64,000 bases of DNA from Eledone cirrhosa. Taxonomy: Eukaryota. A program made the position numbers and the translations under genes. Shown here one piece after another: positions 9,449 to 20,300 of the stretch; the stretch's first letter is position 1; each line of letters opens with the position of its first letter. Under the pieces are notes generated by a model, which searched no databases, had not been told where the DNA came from, and saw nothing but the letters and a program-made list of their open reading frames with translations. The DNA is taken from assembly GCA_964016885.1 (NCBI GenBank), contig OZ024750.1, positions 34,224,001 through 34,288,000 on the forward strand, given 5' to 3'.

Positions 9449-9713
9449 CAAACGGACCTGAAATTTTGAATTGTTGTTATTATCAATAAATATATTTCAT
9501 TATTTCTGAAGACGGCGTATATGTGTGTTTGGTATGTATATTTAATCTTGATAGTTTGTATAATTTTGTATAATTTTGTACATAGATCTGTTGAATATGC
9601 ATGCCAATTCTAACACATATATATCCTAGAAACGATCGTTAAATAATGAACTTTTTTTGTTTAATATAAGGAACTGTTTCATTGTTTTATTCATTATTTG
9701 TTTAATATTTTAT
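9449..9713 (+). repeat. Right arm of 265-bp inverted repeat
   Basis: Reverse complement of 7596-7860. Confidence 0.97.
9496..9650 (+). ncRNA. Type I hammerhead ribozyme motif with ~116-nt stem II and palindromic stem III
   Basis: Stem I TTCATTATTT (9496-9505) pairs with AAATAATGAA (9641-9650). CTGAAGA core 9506-9512; GAAA 9629-9632; AACGATCGTT palindrome 9631-9640; predicted GUU cleavage triplet 9638-9640. Confidence 0.7.
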
Positions 9714-9983
9714 CTTGACTCTGTATACCGTTTATCTTTCACCGAAAGTGATTTTTCATTACATCTCTTCTTTCCATGATATCCGGAATACATTGAGTTC
9801 TTCATACGGATTGGACACTACCGTAAACTCTTGGTAGATTTATCTACATATATATATATATATATATATACACACACCTAGTGTATTCCTGGCATTCGCG
9901 GTCCTGGTTATTCACGGAATTTTCCTTAGAACCTAACTAATAATTGTTCATGTTAAATGATGTACTTTTTCTCAAAAAGAAAC

Positions 9984-10196
9984 TTCCATAGACACACATG
10001 CCTTTAATGTAGTTCTCAGGGAGATTCAGCACGACACAGAATGTGACATGGCTGGCTCTTTGAATTATTACAGGTACAACTCACTTTTGCCAGCTGAGTA
10101 GACTGGAGCAACATGAAACAAAGCACTGCCGGCAATCAAACCCCCGACCTTACAATTGTGAACCAAACAGCCTAATCACAAAGCCACATGGCTTCA
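9984..10196 (-). mobile_element. CORE-type SINE copy with an internal deletion
   Basis: CAGCTGAGTAGACTGGAGCAAC and antisense head (AATCAAACCC...AAAGCCACATGGCTTCA). Its 3' segment matches 2489-2723. Confidence 0.75.
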
Positions 10197-10418
10197 TATA
10201 TACACATATATACACATATATACATACATACACATATATACACACATATATACATACATACTCATCCCCCACTCCCCACGATCCCTAGTTATTGTGTAAT
10301 TATTTAAGATTTAATAGAAGTTCTAGGTAAATTCTTGCAAGTTGTTAATTCTGAACCTTTTCATTTTCTGTTTCTCTATCATGTTGACTCGACTTGGCTG
10401 TCTAACTTGTGTTATTAT

Positions 10419-10600
10419 GGATTGGCAGTATCGGTAGAGGGTCGGACGCCATGCTTAGCAGCATAGAGTTACGGCCCTTTACGGTATGAGTTCAAATCCC
10501 GCAGAGGTTAACTTTGCCTTTCATCCTTACGGGGGTCGATAAAATAAAGTACCAGTAATACACTGGGATAATTGCTGGCCTTGTGCCAAAAGTAGAAACA
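10419..10600 (+). mobile_element. tRNA-derived SINE, family A (slightly more diverged)
   Basis: Homologous to 3033-3210. GTTATTA is repeated at 10411-10417 and 10601-10607 (probable TSD). Confidence 0.9.
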
Positions 10601-10734
10601 GTTATTACTGGAAAATGACATAAATCTAAACATCATTTATCTCAGACTGTTGATTCACACACACACACATATATATATATGTGTGTGTGTGTGCGTGTGT
10701 GTGTGTGCGTGCACGTACATGCGTGTGTGTACCA

Positions 10735-11069
10735 GAAGCAAGCAGGGACCTGACCTGACATTAAAAGGATTTGCATCTAGAAAGTTCTCATCTGAAGTAC
10801 AAGTCCAGGCAAGGTTGTTTGTGGAAAACCAGCAGTCACCCATTGCATATCAGTCTCCCCTCTCCACACTATTGATGTTCTCTCAGGGAAAGGCAATGGT
10901 CGATACAGCTTGGCACCAGTAAATATGGCAACTTATTTCTGCAGCTGAGTAAACTGTTGCAACGTGAAATGAAGTGTCTTGCTCAAGGACACAACATATC
11001 ACCCAGTCCAAGAATCAAACTCACAATCTCCCAATTGCAAACCCAATGCTCTGAACCATGCGCCTTCAC
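10735..11069 (-). mobile_element. CORE-type SINE with a third type of 3' tail (left boundary approximate)
   Basis: GCAACGTGAAATGAAGTGTCTTGCTCAAGGACACAAC...CATGCGCCTTCAC is the reverse-complement homologue of 1498-1615. Confidence 0.78.
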
Positions 11070-11121
11070 ATGTAGCCCAGTACAACTTGTTTCATGATTG
11101 GGTGGTCAGCAACTAAACCGG

Positions 11122-11153
11122 CTCCCTCACCAGACCAGTGTCTGGTGAGGGAG
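11122..11153. other. Perfect 14-bp GC-rich hairpin with 4-nt loop
   Basis: CTCCCTCACCAGAC-CAGT-GTCTGGTGAGGGAG. Confidence 0.9.
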
Positions 11154-11392
11154 GGTAAGTGAAACGCCAGCAGCACAAAACAAGCTGCCAACGGGTGGAA
11201 GAACTCCAGATAGTCAATGACCATTCAACCCCAAACTAAAGGTAGCCTCACCAACCTGTAATTGGCCAAGCATAGTGAGTATGGCACACAGCATTGTCAT
11301 CTTTATGTGCAGATATTTCTTCACAAGTCCCACAGTAATGGAGGAGCAATGTGTGCAGACTCAATCAGTTGGAATCACAAAGAAATAAATTC

Positions 11393-14300
11393 ACACATGG
11401 GCAGCTTCAGTCTTATCCTAACACATGGGCAGCTTCAGTCTTATCCTAACACATGGGCAGCTTGAGTCTTATCCTAACACATGGGCAGCTTCAGTCTTAT
11501 CCTAACATGGGCAGCTTGAGTCTTATCCTAACACATGGGCAGCTTGAGTCTTATCCTAACACATGGGCAGCTTCAGTCTTATCCTAACATGGGCAGCTTG
11601 AGTCTTATCCTAACACATGGGCAGCATGAGTCTTATCCTAACACATGGGCAGCTTCAGTCTTATCCTAACACATGGGCAGCTTGAGTCTTATCCTAACAC
11701 ATGGGCAGCTTGAGTCTTATCCTAACATGGGCAGCTTGAGTCTAATCCTAACACATGGGCAGCTTGAGTCTTATCCTAACACATGGGCAGCTTCAGTCTT
11801 ATCCTAACATGGGCAGCTTGAGTCTTATCCTAACACATGGGCAGCATGAGTCTTATCCTAACACATGGGCAGCTTGAGTCTTATCCTAACACATGGGCAG
11901 CTTGAGTCTTATCCTATCATGGGCAGCTTGAGTCTTATCCTAACACATGGGCAGCTTGAGTCTTATCCTAACACATGGGCAGCTTCAGTCTTATCCTAAC
12001 ATGGGCAGCTTGAGTCTTATCCTAACACATGGGCAGCTTGAGTCTTATCCTAACATGGGCAGCTTGAGTCTTATCCTAACACATGGGCAGCTTGAGTCTT
12101 ATCCTAACACATGGGCAGCTTCAGTCTTATCCTAACATGGGCAGCTTGAGTCTTATCCTAACATGGGCAGCTTGAGTCTTATCCTAACACATGGGCAGCT
12201 TGAGTCTTATCCTAACACATGGGCAGCTTGAGTCTTATCCTAACATGGGCAGCTTGAGTCTTATCCTAACACATGGGCAGCTTCAGTCTAATCCTAACAT
12301 GGGCAGCTTGAGTCTTATCCTAACACATGGGCAGCTTCAGTCTTATCCTAACACATGGGCAGCTTGAGTCTTATCCTAACACATGGGCAGCTTCAGTCTT
12401 ATCCTAACACATGGGCAGCTTCAGTCTTATCCTAACACATGGGCAGCTTCAGTCTTATCCTAACACATGGGCAGCTTGAGTCTTATCCTAACACATGGGC
12501 AGCTTCAGTCTTATCCTAACACATGGGCAGCTTGAGTCTTATCCTAACACATGGGCAGCTTCAGTCTTATCCTAACACATGGGCAGCTTGAGTCTTATCC
12601 TAACACATGGGCAGCTTCAGTCTTATCCTAACACATGGGCAGCTTGAGTCTTATCCTAACACATGGGCAGCTTCAGTCTTATCCTAACACATGGGCAGCT
12701 TGAGTCTTATCCTAACACATGGGCAGCTTCAGTCTTATCCTAACACATGGGCAGCTTGAGTCTTATCCTAACACATGGGCAGCTTCAGTCTTATCCTAAC
12801 ACATGGGCAGCTTGAGTCTTATCCTAACACATGGGCAGCTTCAGTCTTATCCTAACACATGGGCAGCTTCAGTCTTATCGTAACACATGGGCAGCTTGAG
12901 TCTTATCCTAACACATGGGCAGCTTGAGTCTTATCCTAACACATGGGCAGCTTGAGTCTTATCCTAACACATGGGCAGCTTGAGTCTTATCCTAACACAT
13001 GGGCAGCTTGAGTCTTATCCTAACACATGGGCAGCTTCAGTCTTATCCTAACACATGGGCAGCTTCAGTCTTATCCTAAAACATGGGCAGCTTGAGTCTT
13101 ATCCTAACACATGGGCAGCTTCAGTCTTATCCTAACACATGGGCAGCTTGAGTCTTATCCTAACATGGGCAGCTTGAGTCTTATCCTAACACATGGGCAG
13201 CTTGAGTCTTATCCTAACACATGGGCAGCTTGAGTCTTATCCTAACACATGGGCAGCTTGAGTCTTATCCTAACACATGGGCAGCTTGAGTCTTATCCTA
13301 ACACATGGGCAGCTTGAGTCTTATCCTAACACATGGGCAGCTTGAGTCTTATCCTAACACATGGGCAGCTTGAGTCTTATCCTAACACATGGGCAGCTTG
13401 AGTCTTATCCTAACACATGGGCAGCTTGAGTCTTATCCTAACACATGGGCAGCTTGAGTCTTATCCTAACACATGGGCAGCTTCAGTCTTATCCTAACAC
13501 ATGGGCAGCTTCAGTCTTATCCTAACATGGGCAGCTTCAGTCTTATCCTAACACATGGGCAGCTTGAGTCTTATCCTAACACATGGGCAGCTTCAGTCTT
13601 ATCCTAACACATGGGCAGCTTGAGTCTTATCCTAACACATGGGCAGCTTCAGTCTTATCCTAACATGGGCAGCTTGAGTCTTATCCTAACACATGGGCAG
13701 CTTGAGTCTTATCCTAACATGGGCAGCTTCAGTCTTATCCTAACACATGGGCAGCTTCAGTCTTATCCTAACACATGGGCAGCATGAGTCTTATCCTAAC
13801 ACATGGGCAGCTTCAGTCTTATCCTAACATGGGCAGCTTGAGTCTTATCCTAACACATGGGCAGCTTGAGTCTTATCCTAACATGGGCAGCTTGAGTCTT
13901 ATCCTAACACATGGGCAGCTTCAGTCTTATCCTAACACATGGGCAGCTTGAGTCTTATCCTAAGACATGGGCCGCTTGAGTCTTATCCTAACACATGGGC
14001 AGCATGAGTTTATCCTAACACATGGGCAGCTTGAGTCTTATCCTAACACATGGGCAGCTTGAGTCTTATCCTAACACATGGGCAGCTTGAGTCTTATACT
14101 AACATGGGCAGCTTCAGTCTTATCCTAACATGGGCAGCTTGAGTCTTATCCTAACACATGGGCAGCTTCAGTCTTATCCTAACATGGGCAGCTTGAGTCT
14201 TATCCTAACACATGGGCAGCATGAGTCTTATCCTAACACATGGGCAGCTTGAGTCTTATCCTAACATGGGGAGCTTCAGTCTTATCCTAACATGGGCAGC

Positions 14301-17300
14301 TTGAGTCTTATCCTAACACATGGGCAGCTTGAGACTTATCCTAACATGGGCAGCTTCAGTCTTATCCTAACATGGGCAGATTGAGTCTTATCCTAACACA
14401 TGGGCAGCTTGAGACTTATCCTAACATGGGCAGCTTCAGTCTTATCCTAACATGGGCAGCTTGAGTCTTATCCTAACACATGGGCAGCATGAGTCTTATC
14501 CTAACACATGGGCAGCTTGAGTCTTATCCTAACACATGGGCAGCTTGAGTCTTATCCTAACATGGGCAGCTTCAGTCTTATCCTAACATGGGCAGCTTGA
14601 GTCTTATCCTAACACATGGGCAGCGTGAGTCTTATCCTAACACATGGACAGCTTCAGTCTTATCCTAACATGGGCAGCTTGAGTCTTATCCTAACACATG
14701 GGCAGCATGAGTCTTATCCTAACACATGGGCAGCTTGAGTCTTATCCTAACATGGGCAGCTTCAGTCTTATCCTAACATGGGCAGCTTGAGTCTTATCCT
14801 AACACATGGGCAGCTTGAGTCTTATCCTAACATGGGCAGCTTCAGTCTTATACTAACATGGGCAGCTTGAGTCTTATCCTAACACATGGGCAGCTTGAGT
14901 CTTATCCTAACACATGGGCAGCTTGAGTCTTATCCTAACACATGGGCAGCTTGAGTCTTATCCTAACACATGGGCAGCTTGAGTCTTATCCTAACACATG
15001 GGCAGCTTGAGTCTTATCCTAACACATGGGCAGCTTCAGTCTTATCCTAACACATGGGCAGCTTGAGTCCTATCCTAACACATGGGCAGCATGAGTCTTA
15101 TCCTAACACATGGGCAGCTTGAGTCTTATCCTAACACATGGGCAGCTTGAGTCTTATCCTAACACATGGGCAGCTTCAGTCTTATCCTAACATGGGCAGC
15201 TTGAGTCTTATCCTAACATGGGCAGCTTGAGTCTTATCCTAACACATGGGCAGCTTCAGTCTTATCCTAACACATGGGCAGCTTCAGTCTTATCCTAACA
15301 TGGGCAGCTTGAGTCTCATCCTAACACATGGGCAGCTTGAGTCTTATCCTAACACATGGGCAGCTTGAGTCTTATCCTAACATGGGCAGCTTGAGTCTTA
15401 TCCTAACACATGGGCAGCATGAGTCTTATCCTAACAAGGGCAGCTTGAGTCTTATCCTAACACATGGGCAGCTTGAGTCTTATCCTAACACATGGGCAGC
15501 ATGAGTCTTATCCTAACAAGGGCAGCTTGAGTCTTATCCTAACAAGGGCAGCTTGAGTCTTATCCTAACACATGGGCAGCTTGAGTCTTATCCTAAAATG
15601 GGCAGCTTGAGTCTTATCCTAACACAAGGGCAGCTTCAGTCTTATCCTAACACATGGGCAGCTTGAGTCTTATCCTAACACATGGGCAGCTTGAGTCTTA
15701 TCCTAACATGGGCAGCTTGAGTCTTATCCTAACACATGGGCAGCTTCAGTCTTATCCTAACATGGTCAGCTTGAGTCTTATCCTAACACATGGGCAGCTT
15801 GAGTCTTATCCTAACACATGGGCAGCTTGAGTCTTATCCTAACATGGGCAGCTTGAGTCTTATCCTAACACATGGGCGGCATGAGTCTTATCCTAACAAG
15901 GGCAGCTTGAGTCTTATCCTAACACATGGGCAGCTTGAGTCTTATCCTAACATGGGCAGCTTGAGTCTTATCATATCACATGGGCAGCATGAGTCTTATC
16001 CTAACACATGGGCAGCTTGAGTCTTATCCTAACATGGGCAGCTTGAGTCTTATCCTAACACATGGGCAGCATGAGTCTTATCCTAACACATGGGCAGCTT
16101 GAGTCTTATCCTAACACATGGGCAGCTTGAGTCTTATCCTAACATGGGCAGCTTGAGTCTTATCCTAACACATGGGCAGCATGAGTCTTATCCTAACACA
16201 TGGGCAGCATGAGTCTTATCCTAACACATGGGCAGCATGAGTCTTATCCTAACACATGGGCAGCATGAGTCTTATCCTAACACATGGGCAGCTTGAGTCT
16301 TATCCTAACACATGGGCAGCTTGAGTCTTATCCTAACACATGGGCAGCATGAGTCTTATCCTAACACATGGGCAGCTTGAGTCTTATCCTAACACATGGG
16401 CAGCTAGAGTCTTATCCCAACACATGGGCAGCATGAGTCTTATCCTAACACATAGGCAGCTTGAGTCTTATCCTAACACATGGGCAGCATGAGTCTTATC
16501 CTAACACATGAGCAGCTTGAGTCTTATCCTAACACATGGGCAGCTTGAGTCTTATCCCAACACATGGGCAGCTTGAGTCTTATCCTAACACATGGGCAGC
16601 TTGAGTCTTATCCTAACACATGGGCAGCTTGAGTCTTATCCTAACACATGGGCAGCATGAGTCTTATCCCAACACATGGGCAGCTTGAGTCTTATCCCAA
16701 CACATGGGCAGCTTCAGTCTTATCCTAACACAAGGGCAGCATGTGTCTTATCCTAACACATGGGCAGCATGAGTCTTATCCTAACACATGGGCAGCATGA
16801 GTCTTATCCTAACACATGGGCAGCTTGAGTCTTATCCTAACACATGGGCAGCATGAGTCTTATCCCAACACATGGGCAGCATGAGTCTTATCCTAACATG
16901 GGCAGCTTGAGTCTTATCCCAACACATGGGCAGCTTGAGTCTTATCCTAACACATGGGCAGCATGAGTCTTATCCTAACACATGGGCAGCATGAGTCTTA
17001 TCCTAACATGGGCAGCTTGAGTCTTATCATAACATGGGCAGCTTGAGTCTTATCCTAACATGGGCAGCTTGAGTCTTATCCTAACACATGGGCAGCATCA
17101 GTCTTATCCTAACACATGGGCAGCTTGAGTCTTATCCTAACATGGGCAGCTTGAGTCTTATCCTAACACAAGGGCAACTTGAGTCTTATCCTAACACAAG
17201 GGCAGCTTGAGTCTTATCCTAACACATGGGCAGCTTGAGTCTTATCCTAACACAAGGGCAGCTTGCGTCTTATCCGAACACATGGGCAGCTTGAGTCTTA

Positions 17301-20300
17301 TCCTAACATGGGCAGCTTGAGTCTTATCCTAACACATGGGCAGCTTGAGTCTTATCCTAACACAAGGGCAGCTTGAGTCTTATCCTAACACATGGGCAGC
17401 TTGAGTCTTATCCTAACATGGGCAGCTTGAGTCTTATCCTAACACATGGGCAGCTTGAGTCTTATCCTAACACATGGGCAGCTTGAGTCTTATCCTAACA
17501 TGGGCAGCTTGAGTCTTATCCTAACACATGGGCAGCTTGAGTCTTATCCTAACACATGGGCAGCTTGAGTCTTATCCTAACATGGGCAGCTTGTGTCTTA
17601 TCCTAACATGGGCAGCTTGAGTCTTATCCTAACACATGGGCAGCATGAGTCTTATCCTAACATGGGCAGCTTGAGTCTTATCCTAACACATGGGCAGCTT
17701 GAGTCTTATCCTAACATGGGCAGCTTGAGTCTAATCCTAACATGGGCAGCTTGAGTCTTATCCTAACACATGGGCAGCTTGAGTCTTATCCTAACATGGG
17801 CAGCTTGTGTCTTATCCTAACATGGGCAGCTTGAGTCTTATCCTAACACATGGGCAGCTTGAGTCTTATCCTAACACATGGGCAGCTTGAGTCTTATCCA
17901 AACATGGGCAGCTTGAGTCTTATCCTAACACATGGGCAGCTTGAGTCTTATCCTAACATGGGCAGCTTGAGTCTTATCCTAACATGGGCAGCTTGAGTCT
18001 TATCCTAACACATGGGCAGTTTGAGTCTTATCCTAACACATGGGCAGCTTGAGTCTTATCCTAACACATGGGCAGCTTGAGTCTTATCCTAACATGGGCA
18101 GCTTGAGTCTTATCCTAACACATGGGCAGCTTCAGTCTTATCCTAACACATGGGCAGCTTGAGTCTTATCCTAACACATGGGCAGCTTGAGTCTTATCCT
18201 AACACATGGGCAGCTTCAGTCTTATCCTAACACATGGGCAGCTTGAGTCTTATCCTAACACATGGGCAGCTTCAGTCTTATCCTAACACATGGGCAGCTT
18301 CAGTCTTATCCTAACACATGGGCAGCTTGAGTCTTATCCTAACACATGGGCAGCATGAGTCTTATCCTAACACATGGGCAGCTTGAGTCTTATCCTAACA
18401 CATGGGCAGCTTCAGTCTTATCCTAACACAAGGGCAGCTTGAGTCTTATCCTAACACATGGGCAGCTTCAGTCTTATCCTAACACATGGGCGGCTTCAGT
18501 CTTATCCTAACACAAGGGCAGCTTGAGTCTTATCCTAACACATGGGCAGCTTGAGTCTTATCCTAACATGGGCAGCTTGAGTCTTATCCTAACACATGGG
18601 CGGCATGAGTCTTATCCTAACAAGGGCAGCTTGAGTCTTATCCTAACACATGGGCAGCTTGAGTCTTATCCTAACATGGGCAGCTTGAGTCTTATCATAT
18701 CACATGGGCAGCATGAGTCTTATCCTAACACATGGGCAGCTTGAGTCTTATCCTAACATGGGCAGCTTGAGTCTTATCCTAACACATGGGCAGCATGAGT
18801 CTTATCCTAACACATGGGCAGCTTGAGTCTTATCCTAACACATGGGCAGCTTGAGTCTTATCCTAACATGGGCAGCTTGAGTCTTATCCTAACACATGGG
18901 CAGCATGAGTCTTATCCTAACACATGGGCAGCATGAGTCTTATCCTAACACATGGGCAGCATGAGTCTTATCCTAACACATGGGCAGCATGAGTCTTATC
19001 CTAACACATGGGCAGCTTGAGTCTTATCCTAACACATGGGCAGCTTGAGTCTTATCCTAACACATGGGCAGCATGAGTCTTATCCTAACACATGGGCAGC
19101 TTGAGTCTTATCCTAACACATGGGCAGCTAGAGTCTTATCCCAACACATGGGCAGCATGAGTCTTATCCTAACACATAGGCAGCTTGAGTCTTATCCTAA
19201 CACATGGGCAGCATGAGTCTTATCCTAACACATGAGCAGCTTGAGTCTTATCCTAACACATGGGCAGCTTGAGTCTTATCCCAACACATGGGCAGCTTGA
19301 GTCTTATCCTAACACATGGGCAGCTTGAGTCTTATCCTAACACATGGGCAGCTTGAGTCTTATCCTAACACATGGGCAGCATGAGTCTTATCCCAACACA
19401 TGGGCAGCTTGAGTCTTATCCCAACACATGGGCAGCTTCAGTCTTATCCTAACACAAGGGCAGCATGAGTCTTATCCTAACACATGGGCAGCATGAGTCT
19501 TATCCTAACACATGGGCAGCATGAGTCTTATCCTAACACATGGGCAGCTTGAGTCTTATCCTAACACATGGGCAGCATGAGTCTTATCCCAACACATGGG
19601 CAGCATGAGTCTTATCCTAACATGGGCAGCTTGAGTCTTATCCCAACACATGGGCAGCTTGAGTCTTATCCTAACACATGGGCAGCATGAGTCTTATCCT
19701 AACACATGGGCAGCATGAGTCTTATCCTAACATGGGCAGCTTGAGTCTTATCATAACATGGGCAGCTTGAGTCTTATCCTAACATGGGCAGCTTGAGTCT
19801 TATCCTAACACATGGGCAGCATCAGTCTTATCCTAACACATGGGCAGCTTGAGTCTTATCCTAACATGGGCAGCTTGAGTCTTATCCTAACACAAGGGCA
19901 ACTTGAGTCTTATCCTAACACAAGGGCAGCTTGAGTCTTATCCTAACACATGGGCAGCTTGAGTCTTATCCTAACACAAGGGCAGCTTGCGTCTTATCCG
20001 AACACATGGGCAGCTTGAGTCTTATCCTAACATGGGCAGCTTGAGTCTTATCCTAACACATGGGCAGCTTGAGTCTTATCCTAACACAAGGGCAGCTTGA
20101 GTCTTATCCTAACACATGGGCAGCTTGAGTCTTATCCTAACATGGGCAGCTTGAGTCTTATCCTAACACATGGGCAGCTTGAGTCTTATCCTAACACATG
20201 GGCAGCTTGAGTCTTATCCTAACATGGGCAGCTTGAGTCTTATCCTAACACATGGGCAGCTTGAGTCTTATCCTAACACATGGGCAGCTTGAGTCTTATC

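Larger units (their letters stand above)
7596..9848 (+). mobile_element. Non-coding Penelope-like element insertion: inverted 5' pseudo-LTR, truncated microsatellite-rich body, 3' pseudo-LTR plus extension
   Basis: Perfect 265-bp inverted repeat containing a hammerhead motif, bounded on both sides by (TA)n (~7574-7597 and ~9849-9870). Inverted pLTRs and hammerheads are established Penelope-like element features. No RT or GIY-YIG ORF is visible. Confidence 0.68.

Noticed and set aside
9878-9938. Tc1/pogo-like terminal remnant (TTCGCGG...TATTCACGGAATTTT...GAACCTAAC)
   Set aside because: Resemblance from memory only; no partner terminus or TSD found.
11142-11166. Possible second hammerhead (CTGGTGA...GAAAC)
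   Set aside because: The core deviates from CUGANGA at an invariant A, and no stem II or stem I pairing can be drawn.
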